The notes beneath the pieces are model-generated. The model saw only the letters and a program-made list of their open reading frames with translations, was not told the origin of the DNA and searched no databases. 64,000 bases of DNA from a virus (taxonomy: Duplodnaviria > Caudoviricetes), in the IMG/VR virus record IMGVR_UViG_2791355221_000004, positions 34,923-98,922 of that record; one strand, given 5' to 3'. The position numbers and the translations under genes are program-made. This document shows, in pieces, positions 1 to 9,095 of this stretch. The number at the start of each line of letters is the position of its first letter. Position 1 is the stretch's first letter.

Positions 1-884
1 ATGATTTCAATAGAACTATGTCCAGTATGTTGACGGATAGTTGATAAATCAAAACCTTCATCATGTGCCGCTGTTATGTGTCCACTTCTAAGCGAATGCC
101 CAGCGTAGAGTTCAGGATTGAGTCCAGCAGCCTTTGCATGTTTTTTTACAATATCAGCTACTGATTCACCCGAAAGTCGTTCACCAACGTTATTGGCCTT
201 GTTGACTGCACGAAATATAGAATCGCTTTTGATTCGTGCTTCTTTTAACCAGACAAGAAGCGTTTCGATTGGACAATAGTTGTTGTTAGCAGGGAGAATT
301 ACTATTTTTCTTTGCTTTTTCTTCTTTTGCTCGAATACGTCAATCTCCAAGCCTTTATCAGTAAAAACCAAATCTTCCATATTAATTGAAACAATATCAC
401 CACGTCTTAAGGCAGTAGACCATCCAAGTAAAATTAATGCTTTGTCCCGTTTTCCTTGCAATGTACTGGTGTCAATCACATCAATGATTCTCTTTAAATC
501 ATCTAATACCATAGCTTTTTTGGAAGTAGAATGATTACCTTTTGTTCGTGCAATAGAATCCATTAATTCTTCAACAATTGGATGAGTAGTGTTTGACATA
601 AGTTTGGCCATTTTATGTGCTTTCGAGATGGATGAAATTTTCCTTTTTATGGTTGAATGTTTGCATGTTTTGGATTCTTCAGATATGAAATGTATCAAAG
701 TTGCTTCACTAGCAGGTAAAGGGAGGTAATTGAATTTAGAGCAGAACTGCTTAAAGTTATTCCAATCAGATTCATATGCAAGTTTGGTGTTAGCGGCTTT
801 AGCGTTTTCCAATATTGATGCAATTCTTTCTTGATCCGCTTGAGGCATCGCTGAAAGATTTATTTCATTAGATAACATGAACAT
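1..884 (-). CDS. Cre-like tyrosine recombinase (3' end runs off window)
   Basis: Own translation of the minus strand from ATG 884 (RBS AGGAGG): ...ANTKLAYESDW...GKRDKALILLGWSTALRRGDI...YAGHSLRSGHIT...QHTGHSS; R, HxxR and H catalytic motifs. Missed by the ORF track because the stop is outside the window. Confidence 0.9.
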   Translation of the reverse strand, partial: MFMLSNEINLSAMPQADQERIASILENAKAANTKLAYESDWNNFKQFCSKFNYLPLPASEATLIHFISEESKTCKHSTIKRKISSISKAHKMAKLMSNTTHPIVEELMDSIARTKGNHSTSKKAMVLDDLKRIIDVIDTSTLQGKRDKALILLGWSTALRRGDIVSINMEDLVFTDKGLEIDVFEQKKKKQRKIVILPANNNYCPIETLLVWLKEARIKSDSIFRAVNKANNVGERLSGESVADIVKKHAKAAGLNPELYAGHSLRSGHITAAHDEGFDLSTIRQHTGHSSIEI

Positions 885-971
885 ATGGATGACCTCCTTA
901 GATTAATTTACCGCTACGCTTTCCATAGAAGGAAAACGTTTCGCTAGAATCTCACTAGCTCATCAGGCGGC

Positions 972-1193
972 TTAAAAGATGGCTTCACTAAAACTGCATA
1001 ACTCTTTAGTGAATGAATCACGAAGTTTAGTCCATCCATTTAGAAATGCATTACAATCAAATTCAGTGAAATGCTTTTTGACCATATCGACCAACCAAAA
1101 CTCTGCATTTTCATCTTCGCCAAACTCTGGATCTTCTCCGTGAAGTACCACCAAGTCAATTAATTCTTCTTTAGCTGTTTTAGTGTTTGTCAT
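972..1193 (-). CDS. hypothetical phage protein
   Basis: 73 aa ORF with AAGGAG RBS in the leftward operon. Confidence 0.7.
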   Translation of the reverse strand: MTNTKTAKEELIDLVVLHGEDPEFGEDENAEFWLVDMVKKHFTEFDCNAFLNGWTKLRDSFTKELCSFSEAIF

Positions 1194-1257
1194 ATGTATA
1201 TCGCTCCTTTAGAATATGTTTTGTTGTTGCTACCTAACTAGAGAGTCGTAAGAACAG

Positions 1258-1569
1258 CTACATTTGTTGCATTGCCATTCCGAAACAGTAGTGTTCAGCC
1301 GCTTCGTCAACTGGTTTTGTTTTAACAATTTCATATGATGATCCTATGTATGAAGGTAGATCCTTGAGCTGTGTGTAAAAGGTATCGCGGCAATGGGTGA
1401 AGGATACAATAACATAACCTTCAGTAACCCAGCCTTGAACCGTTTCATGGAACTCAGCTTTGGTGTAGAAGCCAAATGGTGGTACAGATACAAGGTCTTT
1501 ACCGCTAATAATGATTTGCTTCACCTTAGAGTCCCATGCAGTTTTTTGTTTCAATTGAAAAGGTGTCAT
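1258..1569 (-). CDS. hypothetical phage protein
   Basis: 103 aa ORF with AAGGAG RBS. Confidence 0.7.
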   Translation of the reverse strand: MTPFQLKQKTAWDSKVKQIIISGKDLVSVPPFGFYTKAEFHETVQGWVTEGYVIVSFTHCRDTFYTQLKDLPSYIGSSYEIVKTKPVDEAAEHYCFGMAMQQM

Positions 1570-1583
1570 TGTGGTTAGCTCCT

Positions 1584-1745
1584 TTATTCGTATCTGTGGT
1601 AGTTTGAACTTGTTATAGGTTGGTTAGCTCCGTACTCTGCTCGCCACTTTGAAAGCTTATTGCGCCACATTTTAACTTGCTTTTCGTTACCTGCCTCTCG
1701 TGCCAGCCTGATCTTTTCAATAATTTGATTGTAGCGATTGCTCAT
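1584..1745 (-). CDS. small basic hypothetical protein (53 aa)
   Basis: Own translation MSNRYNQIIEKIRLAREAGNEKQVKMWRNKLSKW...; AAGGAG RBS; first gene after the leftward promoter. Confidence 0.65.
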   Translation of the reverse strand: MSNRYNQIIEKIRLAREAGNEKQVKMWRNKLSKWRAEYGANQPITSSNYHRYE

Positions 1746-1789
1746 TGAGGCAACTCCTTAATTTTTCGTTTGTTTAACTCGATACTCAT

Positions 1790-1843
1790 ATAGTATCACT
1801 TAAATAGTGACACGTCAATAGTGTATCTTTATATGTGATACTA
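1790..1843 (-). promoter_or_regulatory. leftward sigmaA promoter overlapped by palindromic operator(s)
   Basis: Minus-strand TTGACG(1818-1813)-N17-TACTAT(1795-1790) with TG extension; GTATCAC-N7-GTGACAC palindrome in the spacer and a further GTGATAC half-site at 1835-1841. Confidence 0.7.
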
Positions 1844-1918
1844 TTTTTATTTATTTTTTTAAAGTAATATGTTATCTTTTATATATCGCTTTTTAAGGAA
1901 AGGACATTGTGAGAAGCT

Positions 1919-2218
1919 ATGTCAAAAATTACTCTTCATTTAGATGAAATATTAAATGAGCTTGGAATAACTAGAAATCATTTAGCGGTGGAAGCGAAAG
2001 TTAGACCAACAACGCTTTTAGAAATGGTTCACGGCAAAACTCAAGCAGTGAAGTTTGATACATTAATCAAAATTCTTGATACTTTGAATATTATTGCTTT
2101 TAAGAATTGCTTCGAACGTAGATACACCATAGGTGATTTAATTAAATATGAATTCACTTTAAGAATGGTCAATGGAATACCCATTGATTTAATGGATGAC
2201 GATTTTGAAGAAGTATAG
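1919..2218 (+). CDS. XRE/Cro-C1 family HTH transcriptional regulator (probable repressor)
   Basis: LDEILNELGITRNHLAVEAKVRPTTLLEM...KFDTLIKI pattern; divergent from the leftward operon. Confidence 0.85.
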   Translation: MSKITLHLDEILNELGITRNHLAVEAKVRPTTLLEMVHGKTQAVKFDTLIKILDTLNIIAFKNCFERRYTIGDLIKYEFTLRMVNGIPIDLMDDDFEEV

Positions 2219-2229
2219 TCTTAGTTCTC

Positions 2230-2254
2230 AGTGGCTTAGCAAGCCGCTTTTTTT
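2230..2254 (+). terminator. intrinsic terminator
   Basis: AGTGGCTT-agc-AAGCCGCT followed by a T run. Confidence 0.7.
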
Positions 2255-2266
2255 GTTCCTATATTT

Positions 2267-2280
2267 GGAACATTTGTTCT
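2267..2280. promoter_or_regulatory. LexA/SOS (Cheo) box
   Basis: gGAAC-ATTT-GTTCt matches the Bacillota GAAC-N4-GTTC consensus; upstream of the antirepressor. Confidence 0.65.
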
Positions 2281-2433
2281 TATTTCGGTATTCGTATTGT
2301 AATATAAAACACTTGTTTTGTAAAACAAAACATTTTACGTTGAGTGTAAAGTAAAAAATAACAATTATGCTAATTTGTATTTGGTGTTATTCTAATCATG
2401 CAGGAATATCCTGTAAACTAATCATAAGGGAGA

Positions 2434-3333
2434 ATGATAAGAAGAATGACAAATGAGATTCAGGTAAAAGGTACAGTTAGTTTTATGGGGAAAGAGATCC
2501 CAAAAGTATTTGGAGGGTTCGGAGAAGACAAGCCAGTGTTGTTGGCAAAAACAATTGCGAAGATCCATGAAAGAGATTTGTTTAAAGTTAATGAGTTGAT
2601 TAACAACAACATTGAGCAGTTTAATATTGAAGGTGCTACGGATTTGATTGATTTAATCTCAATCCTTTCGAAGGATTCACTTTTAGAGTTTGGGTTCACA
2701 AAGCAATCTATTGCAAACTCAAAAAACATCTACCTCTTATCTGAGCGTGGGTATAAAATTCTAATCAAGGCTATGGAAGATGATATGTCTTGGGAAGTAT
2801 ATCATAAGCTATTGAATGAATATTTTAACTTCAAAGAGCAACAGCAGTTCGACCTTTCGAAACTTTCACCAGAATTGATTATGTTCAAAACCTTATGGGA
2901 TGGATTAGCTAAAACTCAGTTGATAGCACTTGAAAATCAAACAGAGATTAAAGAAGCTAAACAAGAAATTAAACAAGTACAGAATGTTGTTGATGATATC
3001 CGCGAGACGATTGTCCAACGTGATGACGATTGGAGAGATTCAATCAACCAACTAATAAAGAAGGCTGCTAAGAATTTGGGTGGACGTAATGATGACTTTG
3101 TGACTGTTAGAAGGGAATCATATGAACTACTTCAAGAACGTGCTAGTTGTCGCTTAAAACAACGGGTTAAGAACATTCAAGATAGGATGCGTGAACAAGG
3201 CATTAGAGAGACAGACGTTAAGAAAGCAAACAATCTTGATGCAATCGAAGCAGATAAGAAGTTAAAAGAAATCTATTTTAGTATTGTTAAAGAGCTTTCA
3301 ATTAAATATGGAAATGATAAAAGGGTAGTGTAA
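2434..3333 (+). CDS. ORF6N-domain antirepressor-like protein
   Basis: GGFGEDKPVLLAKTIAKIH...INNNI...NIYLLSERGY N-domain; coiled coil; C-terminal KLKEIY..IVKEL helix. Confidence 0.8.
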   Translation: MIRRMTNEIQVKGTVSFMGKEIPKVFGGFGEDKPVLLAKTIAKIHERDLFKVNELINNNIEQFNIEGATDLIDLISILSKDSLLEFGFTKQSIANSKNIYLLSERGYKILIKAMEDDMSWEVYHKLLNEYFNFKEQQQFDLSKLSPELIMFKTLWDGLAKTQLIALENQTEIKEAKQEIKQVQNVVDDIRETIVQRDDDWRDSINQLIKKAAKNLGGRNDDFVTVRRESYELLQERASCRLKQRVKNIQDRMREQGIRETDVKKANNLDAIEADKKLKEIYFSIVKELSIKYGNDKRVV

Positions 3334-3648
3334 AGTAAAAATAATACATATAAACAAAGTGTGGTTACTAGATGAATAGGCAAAGTAACCACACTCATTT
3401 TTAATGAAATCGAGGTGACTATATATTTATTGTGTTATACAAAAAGTTGTCAATAAAAAAGTCAAGTATCAAGGCCAGTCGAAGCAAAGTGATGATGGGG
3501 AAATGATGAAACTCATTAACAGGTTAAAAGAGGAATGGAAAATAGAAGCTTCCAAAACTAGCATAAGTTAAAGAAGAAGGCACAAAATGTTGATCCATAT
3601 AGTGGAAAGTGTTTTAATATATATACAACAACTAAAGGAGCGACAAAG

Positions 3649-4242
3649 ATGACAATAAACCAAGAAGATGAAAGTAAAAGTGAAAAAGAATCGTTGCGTA
3701 AATACATTCTTAACATGGAAGTTGAAAAAGTCGAGTTCAAAAAAGCAGTAGTGGATTACATTGGTGTTTGGTACGAAAAGAACGCAAGAAAGTTGATTAC
3801 CGATAATGAAGAAACGCTCAAATTACTAGATACTGCTATATTAAAAGCATTTAAAGAAGATGTACGCAAGCTAATTGAAAATGCTAGTGAGTATGTAGAG
3901 AAATATTTTGATGATGAAAAATTGTGGTGGCACACTAACGGACATAGAGCTTTAGTTTTTAATAATTCGGAATTACCAAGTGAAATCAATATAAGCTTAA
4001 AAGCGTTAGCTGGTGAATTGGGAAGTGTGTTGGATAGACATGAATTAATACTAATTAGTGGATCTAGTGCAATTTCAAGGATGGAAAATATTGAACAGTT
4101 GATTCAATCCTATGAAAAGTATGATACGTTGACTCTTCGAGCAGAACTATTGAAAGATATTATTAATAGTAAAGAAAAGAAAATTAAGGACAATTCTAAG
4201 GTTGAGGATAACTCTATAGGCGATTTGTGGGATTCATTGTAA
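3649..4242 (+). CDS. hypothetical protein (cargo)
   Basis: 197 aa ORF, AAGGAG RBS, followed by a terminator. Confidence 0.75.
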   Translation: MTINQEDESKSEKESLRKYILNMEVEKVEFKKAVVDYIGVWYEKNARKLITDNEETLKLLDTAILKAFKEDVRKLIENASEYVEKYFDDEKLWWHTNGHRALVFNNSELPSEINISLKALAGELGSVLDRHELILISGSSAISRMENIEQLIQSYEKYDTLTLRAELLKDIINSKEKKIKDNSKVEDNSIGDLWDSL

Positions 4243-4266
4243 GCCATTATACATTTTAAATAATTT

Positions 4267-4294
4267 CCCTGACATTTGTAGTGTCAGGGTTTTT
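4267..4294 (+). terminator. intrinsic terminator
   Basis: CCCTGACA...TGTCAGGG followed by a T run. Confidence 0.7.
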
Positions 4295-4666
4295 AGTGTT
4301 TACTTTTGCTATGTGATTTCTATTGTTATCAATTGGCTAATCTTTAGAGTTTGACATATAATGGGAAATTGTATTCACTAAAGGGTATCCATCAAAATCA
4401 TTTTCCTACATGATGAACAACTGATGAAAGAACAATTTTAATGCGAGTTATATAGATAAATTATTTTAAAGTAAAAAATTAATTTAGGGTTTAAGGAGCC
4501 TATTAAGGGTTCTATTTTATTCAACTTTATCAAGAACTCTAGTTTTTGAGATACCAAATATTAGAATATTAATATTACTAGAAACTAACAAAAATATATT
4601 GTCAATATTCCTATGTTTTCCATTACATAGTATAATATGACTATAAAATTTAAGGGGAACTCTACT

Positions 4667-5731
4667 ATGAGGAAAAAACTACAAGTATTCATCTCTTCGA
4701 CTTTTACAGATTTGAGAGATGAAAGACAAGTTGCTGTAAAATCTGTCTTAAACACTGGACATATTCCTGCTGGTATGGAGTTGTTTACAGCTGGAGATGA
4801 ATCACAAAAGGAAATAATTAAGAGATGGATAGATGAGTCAGACGTCTACGTATTAATTTTAGGTGGTCGTTATGGATCAATAGACAAAGATACAGGTAAA
4901 AGTTACACACATTGGGAATATGACTATGCAGGTGAAATAAGTAAACCACGATTCGCTATTGTTTTGAGCGATTCCGCGATACAAAACAAAATAGTTAAAA
5001 TTGGATATAAAGATGCTACAGAACAAAATAATCCACAATTACTTAAGAATTTTAGAGAAGATTTACTAGGAACAAAACTAATTAGTCCTGTGGATGACGA
5101 TAAAGATATAGAGATTAGTATCTTCAAATCATTGAGGGAGATTGAAAATAGAAATGATTTATCGGGTTGGGTATCTGGCAAGGATGTTCCAGATGTGAAC
5201 GGATTATTGAATGAAAATGCGAGACTATTGAAGGAAAACGCAAAGTACTTACTTGAGATTGATAAGTTAAAGGTTAAATCATCGAAAACTGATTTAATAA
5301 ATGGGTACGAATATGATGAATTAATTAAAATATTAACAGATACAAAAATTGTTTTGCCTAAAGAAGTTGATCCTGATACAAAAGAGATTAGTTATTTGCA
5401 ATTATTCAAGTCTGTCAAAAATCATTATGCTGTAGGAATCAGTAATGCTTATGGTATGAATGAAAGTGCAAAGTTATTATTTTTTAAAGTAGCTCCCACA
5501 TTAATGATCTATGGTTTAGTTGATAAAGTAAAATCAGGAAAATTAGAAAAAATCCAAACGTCTAAGGAAGGATTTAAATTTCTAGCGAGGTTAGAATTAG
5601 ATGGGATTCAAGATGATAAAGAAGAAGTCGACAACAAAGGTAACGTTACCAAGGCAAAACCAACTATAGAGAAAGAAACAGCTACAAAAAGAAAACTAAA
5701 GGAAAAAGAGCAATCAGCAAATTTACGATAA
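4667..5731 (+). CDS. DUF4062 (TIR-like fold) domain protein, possible anti-phage factor
   Basis: KKLQVFISSTFTDLRDERQ...GHIPAGMELF...SDVYVLILGGRYGS...SYTHWEYDYA is typical DUF4062; start chosen after GGGGA RBS. Confidence 0.85.
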   Translation: MRKKLQVFISSTFTDLRDERQVAVKSVLNTGHIPAGMELFTAGDESQKEIIKRWIDESDVYVLILGGRYGSIDKDTGKSYTHWEYDYAGEISKPRFAIVLSDSAIQNKIVKIGYKDATEQNNPQLLKNFREDLLGTKLISPVDDDKDIEISIFKSLREIENRNDLSGWVSGKDVPDVNGLLNENARLLKENAKYLLEIDKLKVKSSKTDLINGYEYDELIKILTDTKIVLPKEVDPDTKEISYLQLFKSVKNHYAVGISNAYGMNESAKLLFFKVAPTLMIYGLVDKVKSGKLEKIQTSKEGFKFLARLELDGIQDDKEEVDNKGNVTKAKPTIEKETATKRKLKEKEQSANLR

Positions 5732-5927
5732 TTTGTAGTATTGTAGTTGATTACTTATTAATCCGTAAAAAAGAACCTTCAAAAACACTGTAAAAGTGGA
5801 GTTGTCGGTTCTTTTTTTTCAAACTTTTATGTAACAGGAAGTATTGAGTAGGCAAAAATAAAACATGAAGATGATAAAGCAAAATAAAAACCTCACTTTT
5901 ATTAGGTGACATAAAGGAGATTAGTTA

Positions 5928-6101
5928 ATGCTAAAACTAAACGATTTTATTTTATTGAAGTCCATATATAGCGAGGATCTTCACAATGCCATTCTAAAGC
6001 ATGATTCCGCGGCAATGAATACAATTGTACAAAGAGACTATTCAGAGGAGCTAGAGGACGGTTATGTAAGCTTAGAGGTCATTTATACTAAAAATAATTA
6101 A
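5928..6101 (+). CDS. small hypothetical protein (57 aa, possibly truncated)
   Basis: AAGGAG RBS, open frame MLKLNDFILLKSIYSEDLH... Confidence 0.5.
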   Translation: MLKLNDFILLKSIYSEDLHNAILKHDSAAMNTIVQRDYSEELEDGYVSLEVIYTKNN

Positions 6102-6174
6102 ATCAACATTTTAGATAAGGAGAAACAATGAAATTGACAAGTATATATAGAAAAAATAAAAAGTAAAGTAATAG

Positions 6175-6203
6175 TTGACTTAATGTATATATCAATGTAT
6201 TAT
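6175..6203 (+). promoter_or_regulatory. sigmaA promoter of the TA locus
   Basis: TTGACT-N17-TATTAT. Confidence 0.6.
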
Positions 6204-6226
6204 GGTATTAAGCGTTAGACAAGGGG

Positions 6227-6508
6227 GTGCAAGCATTGAATCAAGATGACGCTATCTTAAAGGTAATAAAGAAATTGTCTGATCTAGGTTCATACATACT
6301 TACAAATCATGCAACTGATCAGAGAATAGTAAGAGGTATGAGCATACAAGATGTTGAAGATGTACTTTGTAACCCTACTAAAATTATTAGAACCGATGTC
6401 ATCAACTCAATATCAACGTATAAAATTGAGGGTGGTTTTAAAAAGCAACGGTTAGCTGTAGAAATTTCAGGCCAAAATGTAGTTATAGTGATAACGGCTA
6501 TGGATTAA
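6227..6508 (+). CDS. DUF4258 (BrnT/RelE-like) putative toxin
   Basis: YILTNHATDQRIVRGMSIQDVEDVL...VVIVITAMD motif pattern. Confidence 0.75.
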   Translation: MQALNQDDAILKVIKKLSDLGSYILTNHATDQRIVRGMSIQDVEDVLCNPTKIIRTDVINSISTYKIEGGFKKQRLAVEISGQNVVIVITAMD

Positions 6509-6539
6509 TAATCCTAGCCTTATCTTCATAATATATATA

Positions 6540-6646
6540 CAGATTAAACACTAGAGAATGCGGAGAATATACAGTTTTAACACTGGAGTTTATCAGATGT
6601 AGTACTGGAGAATATTAGATTTAACCTAGAGAATATCAGAGTTTTC
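6540..6646 (+). repeat. 4-5 degenerate ~22 bp tandem repeats (consensus ~CAGATTTAACACTGGAGAATAT)
   Basis: cagattaaacactagagaat / cagttttaacactggagtttat / cagatgtagtactggagaatat / tagatttaacctagagaatat / cagagtttt. Confidence 0.65.
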
Positions 6647-6672
6647 TATTATGTATAAGGGAGTGTAAAAGT

Positions 6673-7101
6673 ATGTTGAATTTTAATTGCGTTAATTGCA
6701 GGAAGGACGTGTTTGTTGAAAAATTTATTTCGAAGGAATATGAAGTTGATGGGAAAAAGTTGGTGATTAGTGGGATTCCAGTAATCCAATGCTCCAATTG
6801 TAATGAATCATATTTTGACAAGAAAGCATCAGAATATATTGATAATCAAATTAAAATTTTTAAATCAGAGGGACTCGAAAATAGAACACGCGAACTAGCG
6901 AAGGCTAAAGGATTGACTCAGGAGCAGATTGGAAACCATTTAGAACTTAGCAAACAAAGGATTAGTCAAATTTTTAGCTCTGAGAGTATTGATATTAAAA
7001 TTGCTTATAAATTGTCTAATATAATGAAAGAACCAATTCAGGAAATATTCAAACTTCACAACATAATCCAAAGAGAAGACAAATATTATATTGAAAATTG
7101 A
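6673..7101 (+). CDS. YgiT/MqsA-type zinc-finger + HTH antitoxin
   Basis: CVNC...GIPVIQCSNCNESYF zinc finger plus GLTQEQIGNHLELSKQRISQI HTH. Confidence 0.8.
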   Translation: MLNFNCVNCRKDVFVEKFISKEYEVDGKKLVISGIPVIQCSNCNESYFDKKASEYIDNQIKIFKSEGLENRTRELAKAKGLTQEQIGNHLELSKQRISQIFSSESIDIKIAYKLSNIMKEPIQEIFKLHNIIQREDKYYIEN

Positions 7102-7119
7102 CTGAAAATAATTATATAG

Positions 7120-7160
7120 ATGCCAAAAGCCCATATAAGGTTATGGGCATTGGCATTTTT
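7120..7160. terminator. terminator between convergent genes
   Basis: ATGCCAA.AGCCCATA...TATGGGCATTGGCAT followed by a T run. Confidence 0.65.
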
Positions 7161-7201
7161 GTGTTTTAGTACAATGTAGATTTTTTAGTGAGTGCTTATA
7201 T

Positions 7202-7564
7202 TTAGATTGGACGTTTTGGTGGTAATTGAACAACTAACTTATAGGACTTACCGAAATAGTTACCTTCTAAATGCAAAATGTCCTCATTCTCGAAATATGA
7301 AAATGATACAGGATATCTATTGCTTGAATTTGGATAATGTTCTTGGAATTCAGCAGGAATAACACCATCTTCGTCCCATACAAAGTAAATACGACTATAG
7401 TTAGTTTCTACACTTGCATACACTTGGTAATAATTGTTGATTGTTTCTTTACCATTAACTCTAGCAATCACATGAACCTTATCTCCTGAAAGTGGTTCGT
7501 CCCTGTAATTTATAACTACTTGGCGAAGATCGTCTTTATAATCATTCATAGTAATTCTCCTCAT
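7202..7564 (-). CDS. hypothetical protein
   Basis: 120 aa ORF. Confidence 0.65.
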   Translation of the reverse strand: MRRITMNDYKDDLRQVVINYRDEPLSGDKVHVIARVNGKETINNYYQVYASVETNYSRIYFVWDEDGVIPAEFQEHYPNSSNRYPVSFSYFENEDILHLEGNYFGKSYKLVVQLPPKRPI

Positions 7565-7621
7565 TGTTGTAATATGGAAACTACGAATATATTAACATTT
7601 TTGTATTATCATTGCATACCA

Positions 7622-7798
7622 TTATTTAGGCTTAGAATTGATTACATTCAATACACTAAACACTATCGTCACACAAATAAGCGTGTATATGACTATCTTT
7701 ATGTACATTGGTAGTTGATTGAATGTACCTGTGAATAGTGACGTTAGTGAACCCAGTATAAGTAGTATTGCGATTACAATCGCGTTGTTTTTAGTCAA
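7622..7798 (-). CDS. small two-TM membrane protein
   Basis: TTG start after AGGAGG; two hydrophobic helices. Confidence 0.6.
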   Translation of the reverse strand: MTKNNAIVIAILLILGSLTSLFTGTFNQLPMYIKIVIYTLICVTIVFSVLNVINSKPK

Positions 7799-7877
7799 TG
7801 TGATATTCCTCCTTTTTCTTGGATATGATATAATAAAGGAACTAAAGGAAGGCTCCAACCTTCCCTTAGTTGCTTGT

Positions 7878-8072
7878 CTAGCGTTTGCGGTGCTTTCTAC
7901 TTCTTGGCGGGAGTGAAGCATCGCTTTTTACTATGTCCTGCTTTCTTTCGTCTGCTTCGCGTTCATTTCGTCTATCTCGCCTATTTGCGAAGTAGAGGAA
8001 GATGGAAACCGATGCCCCGATTAAAGCAGGTGCTAGGGCTTTAATGACGTCTAACCATATCATTGGCGTCAT
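7878..8072 (-). CDS. small single-TM protein with basic tail (type I toxin-like)
   Basis: WLDVIKALAPALIGASVSIFLYF then R/K-rich tail; upstream promoter TTGACT-N17-TATAAT (8138-8110). Confidence 0.6.
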   Translation of the reverse strand: MTPMIWLDVIKALAPALIGASVSIFLYFANRRDRRNEREADERKQDIVKSDASLPPRSRKHRKR

Positions 8073-8159
8073 TCCCTTCTATGTATTTGTGTTTCTTTGG
8101 TACTTCTTTATTATAAGTTATTTTTAGTTTAAAGTCAAATGTTATTTTTATTTTATAGA

Positions 8160-9060
8160 ATGAGGCTCGTAACGGCGTTTCAGGCGTATTATGTGCTAAT
8201 GAAAGTGTAGGTGAGGTTATGTGGTGTAACGTTGTATTTAGGGCTTCCTGAGGCGTTAGGATGGATGATAGTGGGTTAGGGAAAGGTGAGTGAGTGAATA
8301 GTGGAATGGATCATGTTAGGTGAATAGTATAGTGAGAATGGTAGATGGCATGTTGATAGGTGATAGTTATTGGATGGATTATGGTGATAGGTAATGGCTA
8401 TAACGTAGAGAGTGGATAATTATATAGTTAACATGTAAGTTAATGTAATATGAGTGTGATGATATATTAACATCAAACTAATACCAATAGTTTATCAATT
8501 GAACTAAGTCGTTATTGTTATTAACAGAATGGGAACTGGGGCGTTTAGTGTCCCTATGCTAGTATTATACATATCCCTTTATACATAAACCTTTTTAATC
8601 GTCACATCCTTGTTAAACAAGCTATTATCAATGAGTATTCATGTAAGTTACTTACTATTATATATCCTGATAATATATAGATATCGGGATCTATCCTTTA
8701 TATATAAGCCTTTTCATAGGTGGGGGGATGGTTCACACCTTACAAAAAGTAAGTGAGACAGTGAGGGGCTGCAACTGATTATCCCACAGCATCTTCCCAA
8801 TTTTCCACTTTTACTTTCATCTTCAGCTCCTCAATTTAACTCCTAATCCATGCCCATATTCCATAAATTTTAATCATGTTCCCACTCATAAAACTATTAT
8901 ATTTTTCTTTATTTATATACTATTTTCCATACCTACTTTTTCGGCTAAAATTTATTTTTTCAACATATTCCCCTACATTATCCCCCTCAAACCTTGATAC
9001 ATAAGGCTTTCTATGATTAAACTCTCCTTTATCCCTAACATACGACACTATAAAACTCAT
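8160..9060. other. long non-coding region with G/T-rich then C/T-rich halves and 19-bp repeats (candidate origin or packaging site)
   Basis: No ORF; skew switch near GGTGGGGGG at ~8719; CCTTtATAcATAAgcCTTT-like copies at 8576, 8608, 8695, 8992. Confidence 0.5.
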
Positions 9061-9095
9061 TTTTTTGTTTTACATAGGCATAAAATGGATCTATT

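Noticed and set aside
280-534. Plus-strand 84 aa ORF
   Set aside because: Antisense shadow of the minus-strand tyrosine recombinase
6540-6646. Possible mini CRISPR array
   Set aside because: Units are adjacent and degenerate, with no unique spacers and no cas genes
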